A DNA stretch of 63,951 nucleotides, counting the filler, from Octopus bimaculoides (Eukaryota): NCBI RefSeq assembly GCF_001194135.2. It is 6 parts of 6 records of this genome, joined end to end, with 100 filler letters (N's around TTAATTAATTAA, not from the genome) between each part and the next. Parts side by side here need not be neighbours in the genome. Positions count along the whole stretch, not along the records: positions 20,188 to 46,619 come from NC_068987.1; positions 46,720 to 60,308 come from NW_026323096.1; 4 more parts are not named here. One strand, given 5' to 3'. Below are positions 36,934 through 48,860 of this stretch, in pieces (position 1 is the stretch's first letter; each line of letters begins with the position of its first letter). The notes under the pieces are model-generated. The model worked only from the letters and a program-made list of their open reading frames with translations, did not search any database and had not been told where the DNA came from. A program made the position numbers and the translations under genes.

Positions 36934-38256
36934 CAATGGTATTAATAAAAGTTAATAACATTAACACTAGTTTCGTCCAAATGTCTCATGTGCAAAATAA
37001 GAGAACGATTGGATTCCTTCACAAATTTCTGGAAATGTTAAACATTGTTTACATTTGCAGGTTCAACGCTACTACCGTCTCAGTATTGTGCTACTTTCCG
37101 AACATGGCACACCACGCTAAAGTTACTCCCGACCGCCAAAAAGAAATTGTCAGGATGAAAGTTTCAGGAATAACTCTCTCGGCTATTTCATGAGACGTAA
37201 GGATATCTAAGAATGTAGTTTCACGTGTTCTTAAGCTCTATGAAAAAACTAAAGGTTTTGAACTGAAAAAGGCAACTGGTAGATAACGCAAAATCACCAT
37301 GCGAGATGATCAAGCCATGAAACGGTACTATTTCGAGACTGCGAATGAAATTTCTATGAAAATAAAAGTAAATAATAGTACGGAAGTGAGCCACTTTACG
37401 GCGTCTTGTTGTCTGAATGACTTTAGATTAAAGGCTTGTTCCCCCGCAACGAAACCTACCATCGCAAGAAGAACAAATAGGAAAGACTTTCATTTGCAGA
37501 AGCTCATGTGAACTGGAGGGGTGAAAATTGGCCAAAGTTCATTTTAGCGATGAAAGCAAATTCAATTTAATAGGTTCAGATGGTAGAGAGTATGTTAGGC
37601 GCTTCACAGGAGATCCTCTAAAATCCAAATGCTTGATGAAATCTGCCAAGTTTGGAGAAGGAAGCGTCATGGTGTGGAGAATGATTTCTTCTGAAGGAGC
37701 TGGCCCTCTAATGCAGATTAAAGGGACTATCTATGCTAATATCTATTTGAATTTGTTTGAACAGCATGTGATCCCATCATTACGAGCATTTCCGAATCAA
37801 CCGTGCATTTTCATGCAAGATAACGCCCCGTGTCATACTGCAAGGCCTGTCACTGGATTCTTTACTGAACAAAATATCCAAGTAAGGAAGTGGCCAGCAC
37901 AAAGTCCAAACTTGAATCCAATTGAAAACCTTTGAAAGATACTTGGAGACAAAGTAACACAAAGGATACCAACTACTACGACAAATTTATGGGAGAAATT
38001 AGAAGGAAAAAAGTAACACCTGACCTGTGCAGCAAACTTGTTATGTCCTGTGGCAATCGATGTGCAGAGGTGATCTCCAACAAAGGTCTACAAACGTCAT
38101 ACTAACTGTGTTAAGTTTATATTTACATTTCTTTCAACCATTATTATGGTTTTGCGTTCACTGAATCATTTTGGGGTTTGATCGTTATCTTATTTTGCAC
38201 ATGAGACATTTGGACGAAACTAGTGTTAGTGTTATTAACTTTTATTAAGGCCATTG
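36934..38256 (+). mobile_element. Near full-length Tc1 (DD34E) transposon with about 76-bp TIRs, defective
   Basis: Left CAATGGTATTAATAAAAGTTAATAACATTAACACTAGTTTTCGTCCAAATGTCTCATGTGCAAAATAAG is mirrored at 38181-38256, followed by TA. Transposase runs 37104-38105 with FSDES, DNAPCH, and SPNLNPIE (34 residues between D and E); stops and frameshifts. Confidence 0.92.
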
Positions 38257-38506
38257 TACAAACTTGGATTTTTCAGAGTATTTAGTTAATGGTTATCCGT
38301 ATTTAGGAAATCAATTACGAATTTGTACGTTCACTAGCTTTTCCAAGATTAAAAAATATATTAATCGTTTTCTTTTTTCGCTCGCTACTGTATTAAGGAT
38401 GGATGAAATGGACCAACCTTTGAAGTCAATATTGCTGGCCGTGTGCCTAAATCATAAATCATTATTAAAGAGAATATCAAATTTAGAAGTAAGATATATT
38501 ATTTCT

Positions 38507-38624
38507 GGTTACAGCAATATCACTTAAAATGCACCGGTCCTTGCCCGCTCACCGAAGTTAAACAACGTCGAGCCTAGTTAGTACTTAGATGGGTGACCGA
38601 TTGGAAAACCTAGATGCTGTAAGC
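38507..38624 (+). pseudogene. 5S rRNA pseudogene (or 5S-derived repeat head)
   Basis: About 118 nt collinear with metazoan 5S: CACCGGT.CT.G.CCG.TCACCGAAGTTAA.CAACGTCGAGCC..GTTAGTACTT.GATGGGTGACCG...GG.A.ACC..G.TGCTGTAAGC, with many substitutions. Confidence 0.85.
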
Positions 38625-38633
38625 ATCTCACTA

Positions 38634-39012
38634 TAGACGCAGTTGTCGCTGTGTGGTAAGAGGCTTGCTTCTCAACTACATGGTTCTGGTTTCAGTCTCA
38701 CTCTGTGGCACCTTAAGCGAGCGTCTTGTACTATACCTTCGGGTCGACCAAAGCCTTGTAAGTGGATTTGGTAGACGGAAACGTATATATACACAGATAA
38801 CTGTGTGTGTTTTTGTCCCCCTTCACTGCATAACAACGAGTGTTGTTATGTTTAGCTCTCCGGAACTTAGCTGTTCGTCAAGGAGACTGATAGAATAAGT
38901 TCTAGGCTTAGAATATATAAGTCGATTTGATCCACTAAAGCACTGCGAGACGGTGCTCCAGCATGGCCGCAGTTAAATGGCTGAAACAAGTAAAAAGAAT
39001 TAAAAAAGAATA
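38634..39012 (+). mobile_element. SINE family C, full length
   Basis: tRNA-like head GCTGTGTGGTAAG.GGCTTGCTT...GGTTTCAGTC, body GACCAAAGCCTTGT.AGTGGATTTGGTAGACGGAAAC, tail GAAACAAGTAAAAAGAATT. Confidence 0.9.
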
Positions 39013-40682
39013 AAACCACTTTTATTTATAACATTGTTTGCATTGAATATTAAATATTAAGCGTTCATTCATTTTGTATTGATAGCAGCAACGTTTTCAG
39101 AAATACGATCACCACTACAATAACTATCTGCAAGATGCAGAAATACCAAACAAATCTTTATTAAATTGAACTCTTCTGTTTTCAAAATAAAGATATGCAT
39201 TGGGCAATATTGAACTAGACTTGCAAGTACAAGAAAGCAGAGCTGGAGGGAAATGATTCTGATTATAAATTTGATCAAACAGTAGGGGGCTGATGTAAAA
39301 TCCATTATAACCAAGATCCTAAATGAAATCATGTCGTTTTGGCTGTTATAGTACTTACCATAACAATTAATAAATACATAAAACATCACAGGTATAATGT
39401 GGATTGGATACAGGCGTCTACTTTTATCCTTAAAATGCGGAAACAATGCCAAAACATAAAAGCAAAATAGACAGGATCCTCGTTTAATGAAGTAGTATTA
39501 GCTGACCTTATTCATTTTAATTTATTCCTGTTCTTTTTTCAAGTAGTCCATCAGGTAATTAGGCAATAATTTATTGGCTACCTCTAAGCCAAGAAAATAT
39601 ATTTGATCAGTTGTCTACGTGAATAACAATTTTCCACATACACATGCAACCTTTCCTTCATTCTTCACTTCAGGTAACAGACAAACTGATGTCCATGGCG
39701 CAACTAGTCACTTCTCTTTTTCTGACCGTATTTCTTTCCTTATTTAATGTAACCCCACTTCACCTCAGGTCCGAAGGAGTAGATGTACACTGTCCTATGT
39801 CCCGCGCCGATGATTGAAACATACTTCCTGGCATGTGTCGACTGGATCTTACGCTAATTATTCTTGCGCGGGTATTTTGAATGTCTCCTCGCTCTATGAG
39901 AACAGGGAAGTGTTACATTTCTTACTACGTTTATCTAAATAAATTGTTTGGGGTTTCAGACTACTATCTTTTGTGAGGTATATTTTCCATGCTCTTTCTC
40001 TTATATAGAATTGATCGATATCTAATATTAATCTCCGAATTGCAATAAAAATAAACAATATTTTTGCCAACGTTACTATTTTACAATTTTCTCATTTTTG
40101 TTCGTCAAATTCTAACTGTCTTTGTTTACACTTGCTATAAATTTGTTATCACTTCCTTTACTGTTTCCTGTTTAATATTTTAATTCGCTTTCACTATTTA
40201 ATTTTGTTGTGAGAAGGTTATTCAATGGTGCCACCATTTGCTTCTGACTACCTTTCACTGTCACATAGCTAGCAAAGAGAGGAAACGGGAAACATATTTT
40301 CGAATATAGGCACAAAACCTAATATTTGGAGGACTGTGTAGTACATTACATTGTCACCGGTAGTTGAGTAGTGTGTATCAAAGTCAACCGTTGAAGATGA
40401 TCCGAATGAGATTTGAAATCAGAATCTGGTGAGCCATAACAAATATTGAAAAGCATCTGTTTGACTCCCAATCGTTTCTATCTTGTGGTTCAAATATTTG
40501 ACCGCAATACATAACACATGCTGTGGTTTCTTGAGCCTTGAAACAGGAAGGATAAGGACTATTGTGATGTGATTTGAATTCTGAAACGAGTACTTTGTAA
40601 CATCATATTTCAAGACATATACTCCGGTGTTCTAATGAGTCTGCTACTGCTTTTATTTAATGTAATGAACCAATGCTATATA

Positions 40683-40883
40683 CAAGGGGGTGCTTTAATG
40701 GTATCGCGAAAAATCTGGTTTGAGGCCCAACCTTCCGAGTTCCTCTACAGGGTTTAGAAAAACTGACGGACCACTGCAATAAGTGTGTGAATTTGAAAAG
40801 AGAATATGTTGAAAAAAACATTTTTAACTGATCCTCCTGTATTTTCTTTTACCCAAATCCAGGCACTTTTCAGCATATCTGCG
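40683..40883 (+). mobile_element. Internally deleted mariner remnant (MITE-like)
   Basis: TA|CAAGGGGGTGCT... left end; GLEKLTDHCNKCVNLKREYVE resembles the mariner C-terminus; right end ...CACTTTTCAGCATATCTGCG|TA. Confidence 0.65.
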
Positions 40884-41221
40884 TACTTCTGTCACGTCAT
40901 TTATGGTGCCAACAACTACTATAAACAGTACAGTTACAACCCTAACTTTCATATATCCATGGCATACTTTCATCACTTACACTAAGTTGCTTTTAAAATA
41001 TCTGCTTCTCTCACGATTTCTCACACAGCCATCTGCTTTGTATTCCTTTCTCACAATTTTCAATATTTATTTCTCCTATATCAATTTCTCCCCACTCCGC
41101 ATCCGCCTTACTCTGCCTCTCTGTCCCTCTTGATATATATAGTTGTATGCATGTATGTAAATGAGCATTGATGTAGGTATAGATAGGTAGGTAGATAAGT
41201 GTGTATAAAGGGAAAATTAGG

Positions 41222-41259
<38 letters not shown>

Positions 41260-41321
41260 NNNNNNNNNNNNNNNNNNNNNNNNNNNNNNNNNNNNNNNNN
41301 NNNNNNNNNNNNNNNNNNNNN

Positions 41322-41377
<56 letters not shown>

Positions 41378-41659
41378 TATTCCGCACAATGTTTATACAT
41401 TTTTCCATATCACTTCTCCGCTCACTCCCTACGGTCTATCCCCACTTTTCGATTAGTTTTTATCATTCTGTATTTCCGTTACTAGCTATAAGATATATTT
41501 GGAGACTTCTATCTAAACCGATACTGTTTTGGTCATTTTATTCCAGCACTTGAGTGTTATCCATAGGAAGTACATTAAGTCTTCGGATTGTGTGATGCTT
41601 TGTAGTGTCCAAGAGTCCAAGAGAGATTACGCTTCATGTCGATATTACTATCATTTTCT

Positions 41660-42300
41660 AGTCTTGAAAAACAGACCCATGCATAGCCTTCTTTTGGTAT
41701 GCGGAGTATTTCATATCCAGGTCTCCTTTAAGGTATGTTTGTCCAACAGGTTTTGGGATGTATAGGAGGAAATCGGGAGGAAAGTACTTCGTGAGGAGAT
41801 CGCTGCCGACACATGGTCTATTGCTCTCCTTATTTTTCAGCACTAAGTTAATATATTTATTTTTGCTGCTGTTGTTTAGCAAGTTCTGTTTGAGAGAGAC
41901 TATGCAACATTTGAAGATTGTGTGCACTGATCTCAAGCCTCTACCTCCTTCGTCAATTCTTAGGTAGAGCCTGTCGACATCTCTGTTTCTGTGGAGAGTT
42001 CCAGTCGGTGTCAGGATCTTTCGGGTTTTGACGTCAATTTAATGGATTTCCTCTACAGACCAGTCAAGTATACCAAATGTTGGAATCAACTTTGGTACTA
42101 CAAATGTATTGTGGAGTATTGGCATGTTGTAAGAGGAGAGTTCCGACTGCCATATTTTTTTTTAAGTCCCACTTTATATTCTTGGCTCAGTCTATCTTTA
42201 TTGACAGACCCTTCGTATATGTTTTTCTTTTATTTTATCAATGCCTAGGTACTTGTAGCATTCTTTGTTTGATAGGAAAGGTAGTGAGACCACTGAGGCA
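41660..42300 (-). mobile_element. R4/Dong-type RLE LINE, RT-thumb fragment
   Basis: YKYLGID, (W)QSELSSYN, HNTFVVPKLIPTFGILDWSVEEI, IDVKTRKILTPTGTLHRNRDVDRLYLRIDEGGRGLRSV. Confidence 0.82.
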
Positions 42301-43454
42301 CACGTTCTGGGTTTTGGGCAGCTGAATTTTCACGCGCTAAACAAACAATGTTTGGCCAAATTCCATTACTATGTCATCCGAAAATGTTGTTTTTAATTGC
42401 GGCTATTCTTCTTTGTTATAATTGTTAGCATAAATCTTAAGATTAACCATAAGGAACTTGTAGGTTACATTAATATCTCTAGTAGTTGCAGGCCCTAGAA
42501 TGTAGCTAAGCAGCGCATAGACTCTCCTTGGAATATCCCCTTTGAAATATTTCGAATATTGGAGACAATCCTTCCGCTCCGAGCTCTAAGTGTTAAAATT
42601 GAAGTTCATGTCTGTGTAAGTTATATCAATTAAGGTAGCATGTAACTTCGACAAATGCATAAACTTATTATAGTCTATACATTCTTGCGAATGCTTCCCA
42701 ATGCGTCAACCACAAACTAAAATGCGATTTCTTTTTAGCACAGACTGCAAGCGTTTTTGTTTCCTACAAATCTCCAACGAGATAGTTTCGTAAGTAAATT
42801 GTTGCCTAAAAGTTATATTTACTGGCCACATTTCCTCCAGGCCCACGTTGAACATATTCCACCGACATTTTCCTTTCCATTCAGTTTGTCTTATCAACTC
42901 TCAAACAAAACTGAGCGGTTATTATAACGAAGAGTTATTATCGTGATGGCAATAGTGATGACTGATATGATTGTGATGAAGAAAATGAAGATCATGGTTA
43001 TTATCATTATCGCCATTATCATAAGCATCGTCATCATTTACATCGTTGACATTTTTGTAAGGATACGAACATTCGTCTTCCTAATCATTATTTCTGCTAA
43101 GTCGTGCACAGATTATTCATTGTTTCCTAATGTTTCTCTATTTGTCAAATCTTTTATGCTCTATGTTTTTTGTTTCTTTTGTTATTTGCGTCTTCTGTTT
43201 GTATTTCAATTCTTCAGCTGACATCCTGAGTCGCCAACAAATAAACGAAAAAAATAAGCAAATCGCAGCACAGAAACTGACAATGAAAGCAATATTTTCA
43301 TTGTCCTTTCATGAAACAAATATACTGCAACTAGAAATAACACATTGAATGTTAACAAATATGAAAAAATAAAACCCATATGAAAAGCTCTCAGTCCTCT
43401 CTCTCTCTCTGCATCTCTCTGTCTCTCTGTCTCTCTCTCTCTTTCTTACTTTCT

Positions 43455-43549
<95 letters not shown>

Positions 43550-44197
43550 TGTACGTGTGTGTGTGTGTGTGTGTGTGTGTGTACATCTATGTATGTATGT
43601 ATTTTGTATGCATATGGATGTATGTTAATACATGTATATTTCTATATGTGTGAGCGTGTTTATAAATCATGATCATAAAAAAATGATGAACAATATTTGA
43701 ATGAAAAGGAAAGCGAATTGTAGAAAATGAAAATATATTGCAACTGAATAGAATCAAAAGTAAAATCAATATTCTAAAGGAACATTAAAAGTGATAATTA
43801 AGAGAAATAACAATGAAACGAACACGAAGAAAAATCAACACAAACAACAACATAAATAACAATACTAACAATACTAACATCAAGGACATTGAGGACAATA
43901 CTAACAACAAAAAAGTACAATGTCAATGTAAACAATAGCGACAACATCCACATAAACGACGAAAGCAACAAAAAAGGCAATGACCTCATCTATTGCAGCC
44001 ATAAAAATGGAAAACATAAAGATGAACAAGTTGAGCAATATGAGGTGTAATCACAGTATCAATGGAAATAAAAGAGACACTGTTCAACGTATCAAACATA
44101 CCTCCACTTATGACGGAGATTAGAATTGATATCACATATGCTATAGATGTAAATAAAAAATACACACAGCACACATTAGTACCCACACAAATACCTG

Positions 44198-44251
<54 letters not shown>

Positions 44252-44458
44252 CGTACGTACGTATATACTATATATTATGTATATACATATATACATGTAT
44301 ATGTATGCATGTATGTGTGTATGTATGTATGTATGTATGTATGTATGTATGTATATATATTGAAAATGTTTGCAATCATCAATGCTTAAAAATTGCTAAT
44401 CCTCAATTTATTCACATTCCATTTTTATATCAAATATATGTGCATAAGTGTGTGCATA

Positions 44459-45459
44459 CGAGGGAAGTCCAAAATTATGCACAATTTCGCCAAAACATAT
44501 TTTTATTGTGAGACTGCCTTCAACGCATACTTGTTTAAAGTTGGTACTATTGTGGTTACGTGATCGACGTTTAGGCCTGATCGCACCATTTTTCTTTCTA
44601 ACTTCAGAGTGTAAGCATAGTTGCTCCGCTAGTAACGTACACTAAAGTAGAACAAAGAGCAGTAATACGATTTCTCTGGTCGGAAAGTGTATCAGGTTCT
44701 GAAAACCATCCACGATGAGCTCAACCTCCATAAAGTCGGTGCAAGATAGATGCCGAGAGACCTTACTGCAAAGCACAAGCGCAAACGTCTTGAGGTCTGC
44801 AAACGTTTAATGGATCGCTACAACAATGAGGGCGTGGAAAGTTTGAGCAGAATAGTCACAGGAAATGAAACGTTCCTCCAATATTATGAGGCAGAATCCA
44901 AAAGACAGAATATGGAGTAGAAACATTCTGGCTCCTCAGCGACGAAGAAATTCAAGTCTGAATCTTCCGCGGGAAAGAATATTATACCGGTTTTTGGGAC
45001 TCAAAAGGGTCTATACTGGAAGACTACCTGGAAAAGGGATGTACGATAAACAATGCAAGATACAGCGCTTTGCTGGCCAACAAACTGAAGCCAGCAGTTT
45101 ACATCAAACGCCAAACCCTATTGTCAAAGAAGGTTTTGTCGTTACGCCCATACAAAGCCACCCTGACCGTTGAAACCATTTACCAATTGTGCTAAAATCC
45201 TCCGATGAATTTCAGCACCTCACACGTCTTCCGACCAGAGAACTCGGATCACTGCTCTTTCTTCTCCTTTAATGCACATTACTAGTGAAGCGGCCATGTT
45301 AACACTGTAAGGCCTGAAAGAAAAATGGCGCGATAAGGCTCAATCTTCTATCACGTAACCACAATAGTACCAACTATAAGCACGCATGGACAGAAGGCAG
45401 TGTTACAATAATAAAGATATGTTATGGCGAAAGTGCGGATAATTTTTTACTTCTCCTCG
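44459..45459 (+). mobile_element. Mariner relic whose right end is an inverted copy of its left end
   Basis: TA|CGAGGGAAGTCCAAAATTATGC.. left end. Transposase remnants KVEQRAVIRFLWSE, LHKVGAR*MPRDLT, RIVTGNET, VFWDSKG to about 45180. 45181-45459 is the minus-strand 5' end including MAASLVMCIKGEERAVIRVLWSE. Confidence 0.85.
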
Positions 45460-46344
45460 TGTATATATATTTATATATATATGTATATATATATANNNNN
45501 NNNNNGTGTGTGTGTGTGTGCGTATGTCGTTGTGTGTGTGTATATATGTGTGTATGCCTGTCTGTATTATGCAGTAGTCATTCGCAAGGGAATATGAATT
45601 TATATCTCATATCAAGTTTCCAGCAACAATCTTAGTTGTCTATGTGTCTTGAGCGGACGAAGGCACGTTGTAGGTATGTATGTAAAAGTTGGAGCGATAA
45701 AAGAGAACAATAGCACCAGGCTGGTACTCATTTCCTGTTCAGGGGACTGAAACAGCGTAATCTTGTAACGTGTTGCTAAACACAATATACTGTTCTGTTC
45801 AGGAATCAGACCCTCAGTTTTATGATCAGTCGGTTGGGTTTTCACCACTGCATTTACTTGACGAGTTGTCAAAACAAACAGTATACGATCCGTGGCAGAG
45901 GAGATATTCAATACTTTTGTCTCTTGTCTCACAAATATCTCTATTTGCTCTCAGACTGTGTTTCAGCAAACATTGTCTGTATCAAATTCATTCATATGGT
46001 TTCTTTCAAAGCAGCTAAAATTAATGATTCAGCTTATCGTTTAAATTTTCATCTGTCAGCCACAACCAATTTTCATTGCAAATATCCTCGATTAACCTTC
46101 TAGTTCTTTCTATTTACAGGTATTTGTCCTGTCATTCTTATTTCGGTTTTTCAAATATCTCACTATTTCAGTGACCTATTCGATATTTCTAGGTTTTGCA
46201 ACTGGAAAATATAAGTTTGCGAGTTTAAATTCCTAGTAGTGATGCTGTCTTAACAATTATAATATAGATCTCCATTCTCCCGTTTCTTATTACTTATTAT
46301 TATTGTTATTATTATTATTGTTGTTGTTATTATTATTATTATTA

Positions 46345-46619
46345 TTGTTCAGTAGTTTTATTTTTATAACGTCCTTTCACTTCACTACCGAGCGCAGCTC
46401 TGTGCGCCTTGGGTATGTGCTGTGGTTTGCTGTGGTGCTCTTATGTTTACTGTATTGAAAGTGTTTTGCGTAGAATGTGCGCAGTACCCAGTAGTGCAAT
46501 TTTCTGTATGTTATATATATTTGTAAGTCCGGGTGTTTTTGTTATGTATTTGTCTAAATATTTTTTTATTATACCTAAGGCACCTACTATAATAGGAATT
46601 GTTTCTGTTTTTAGACTCC
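46345..46619 (-). mobile_element. R4/Dong-type RLE LINE 3' end (family H)
   Basis: TIPIIVGALGIIKKYLDKYITKTPGLTNIYNIQKIALLGTAHILRKTLSIQ* plus 3' UTR ending in (AAT)n. Confidence 0.85.
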
Positions 46620-47090
46620 NNNNNNNNNNNNNNNNNNNNNNNNNNNNNNNNNNNNNNNNNNNNTTAATTAATTAANNNNNNNNNNNNNNNNNNNNNNNNN
46701 NNNNNNNNNNNNNNNNNNNTGTATGTATGGATATATAGTCTTTAATGGTCGAACTCAAAGATGATAAAGCTATAAATGACAGCATGTAAATAAATATTCG
46801 TTAAAAAGACTTTGGATGGAAGAATTTGTCTACTGCCTGCGTGACCTAAATACACAAACACACACATGCGCACGCACACACACGCACATACATACATACA
46901 CACATACATACACAATTTGATTCGGCCTCATGGTGTCGTAAGTTGTAACTGCTACTACACGTATTGAGTGCCTCCTTCTTTCGTTTGTCCACTCACTCAT
47001 ACATACGTACGTACATCCATACATACATCTACCCATCCATCCATCCATCCATCCATCCATCCATCCATACATGCATACATATATATACAT

Positions 47091-47196
47091 AACGCTTAGT
47101 TTTAGAATGGTGGCAGCTGATGAAGGAAATGTTCTCTATGTGACCTGTGTGTTTTCTGTACTCTGTTTATGTCCTCTTTCTCATTTTGTCCACGTT
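47091..47196 (+). repeat. Dispersed repeat family G fragment
   Basis: AACGCTTAGTTTTAGAAT.G.GGCA.CTGATGAAGGAAA is shared with the minus strand of 56590-56650; the body is related to 61640-61710. Confidence 0.65.
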
Positions 47197-47714
47197 NNNN
47201 NNNNNNNNNNNNNNNNNNNNNNNNNNNNNNNNNNNNNNNNNNNNNNNNNNNNNNNNNNNNNNNNNNNNNNNNNNNNNNNNNNNNNNNNNNNNNNNNNNNN
47301 NNNNNNNNNNNNNNNNNNNNNNNNNNNNNNNNNNNNNNNNNNNNNNNNNNNNNNNNNNNNNNNNNNNNNNNNNNNNNNNNNNNNNNNNNNNNNNNNNNNN
47401 NNNNNNNNNNNNNNNNNNNNNNNNNNNNNNNNNNNNNNNNNNNNNNNNNNNNNNNNNNNNNNNNNNNNNNNNNNNNNNNNNNNNNNNNNNNNNNNNNNNN
47501 NNNNNNNNNNNNNNNNNNNNNNNNNNNNNNNNNNNNNNNNNNNNNNNNNNNNNNNNNNNNNNNNNNNNNNNNNNNNNNNNNNNNNNNNNNNNNNNNNNNN
47601 NNNNNNNNNNNNNNNNNNNNNNNNNNNNNNNNNNNNNNNNNNNNNNNNNNNNNNNNNNNNNNNNNNNNNNNNNNNNNNNNNNNNNNNNNNNNNNNNNNNN
47701 NNNNNNNNNNNNNT

Positions 47715-47890
47715 ATATACATATATACGACGGGCTTCTTTCAGTTTCCATCTACCAAATCCACTCACAAGGCTTTGGTCGGCCCGAGGCTATAGTAGAA
47801 GACACTTGCCAAAAGTGCCACGCAGTGGGACTGAACCCAGAACCGTGTGGTTGGTAAGCAAGCTACTTACCACACAGCCACTCCTGCGCC
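47715..47890 (-). mobile_element. SINE family C, 5' part including head
   Basis: Reverse complement of GGCGCAGGAGTGGCTGTGTGGTAAGTAGCTTGCTTACCAACCACACGGTTCTGGGTTCAGTCCC...; the head is partly duplicated at 47891-47918. Confidence 0.9.
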
Positions 47891-48502
47891 GACAGCTACT
47901 TACCACACAGCCACTCTTACATCTATATATACATGTAGATGTAGGTACGTACATACATGTACGTATATATGCATATACTCACATATTATTTGTATTATAT
48001 ATATGATCAACGGATGAAAACGAGAAAATCTCAGTATAGAAAACAGAAGCGCACAAACGATTTGAAATTACACTCCTATATATTTATCGAGAACCAAGTC
48101 AGCAGGGTAAAGAGAAGTTATAAGGAAAATCCAAGTGAACAGTTATGGAAACATTAATTCATATAAACAAATAAAGACCTTTGGTTTAATGTACAAAATA
48201 TATAGACATGTATACGTATCACTTCATTATGCAGACAATTTTAAATCTACATTTTTCTTGCATACTCTAGACTCTTACATATCCATCTTGATGAAGGCGG
48301 CACTAAATTTTACAAATTTTTGTCTGCTCCATTACAGGCTGCAGATATTCTATGAACTACATCTACCAACATTATGAAGTCATTCCGAGCCCTTAGAAAC
48401 AGCTGTCGAACTTGTAATATCTGCCATCTAATTCTCTGAGTGTATGTAGTCTGAGTAAGTTTGGTCTATCAATATAATAATAATAATAATAATAACAATA
48501 AC

Positions 48503-48562
<60 letters not shown>

Positions 48563-48563
<1 letters not shown>

Positions 48564-48860
48564 TACATTATTTTGTCTTGGTATAAAAGATGTGCTACAG
48601 CAAATATTCTGCTTAATACCACATCATCTTAACTGACTGGAAGTTTTATCATGTACATTGTTTTGTCTTGGTATATAAGATGGGCTACAGCAAATATTCT
48701 GCTCAATACTACAGATCTGCTTGTCAGTTGCTTGATCTTAACCAGTTGAGCATGCTCCTTGGTAGCTGATGATATGTGCATCTCTGATCACGAGCAGAAG
48801 TTGTGGGGGAGCATCATAGTCATGTGTTGAGAGGAATTCTTTGGAGTTTGGATAATTCCC
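48563..48860 (-). repeat. Dispersed repeat family E with an internal duplication
   Basis: Reverse complement of 55701-55930; GTACATT.TTTTGTCTTGGTATA.AAGATG.GCTACAGCAAATATTCTGCT is present twice. Confidence 0.8.

Noticed and set aside
39069-39452. 127-aa hydrophobic ORF, receptor-like at first sight
   Set aside because: No GPCR or channel motifs; composition is expected from AT-rich DNA.
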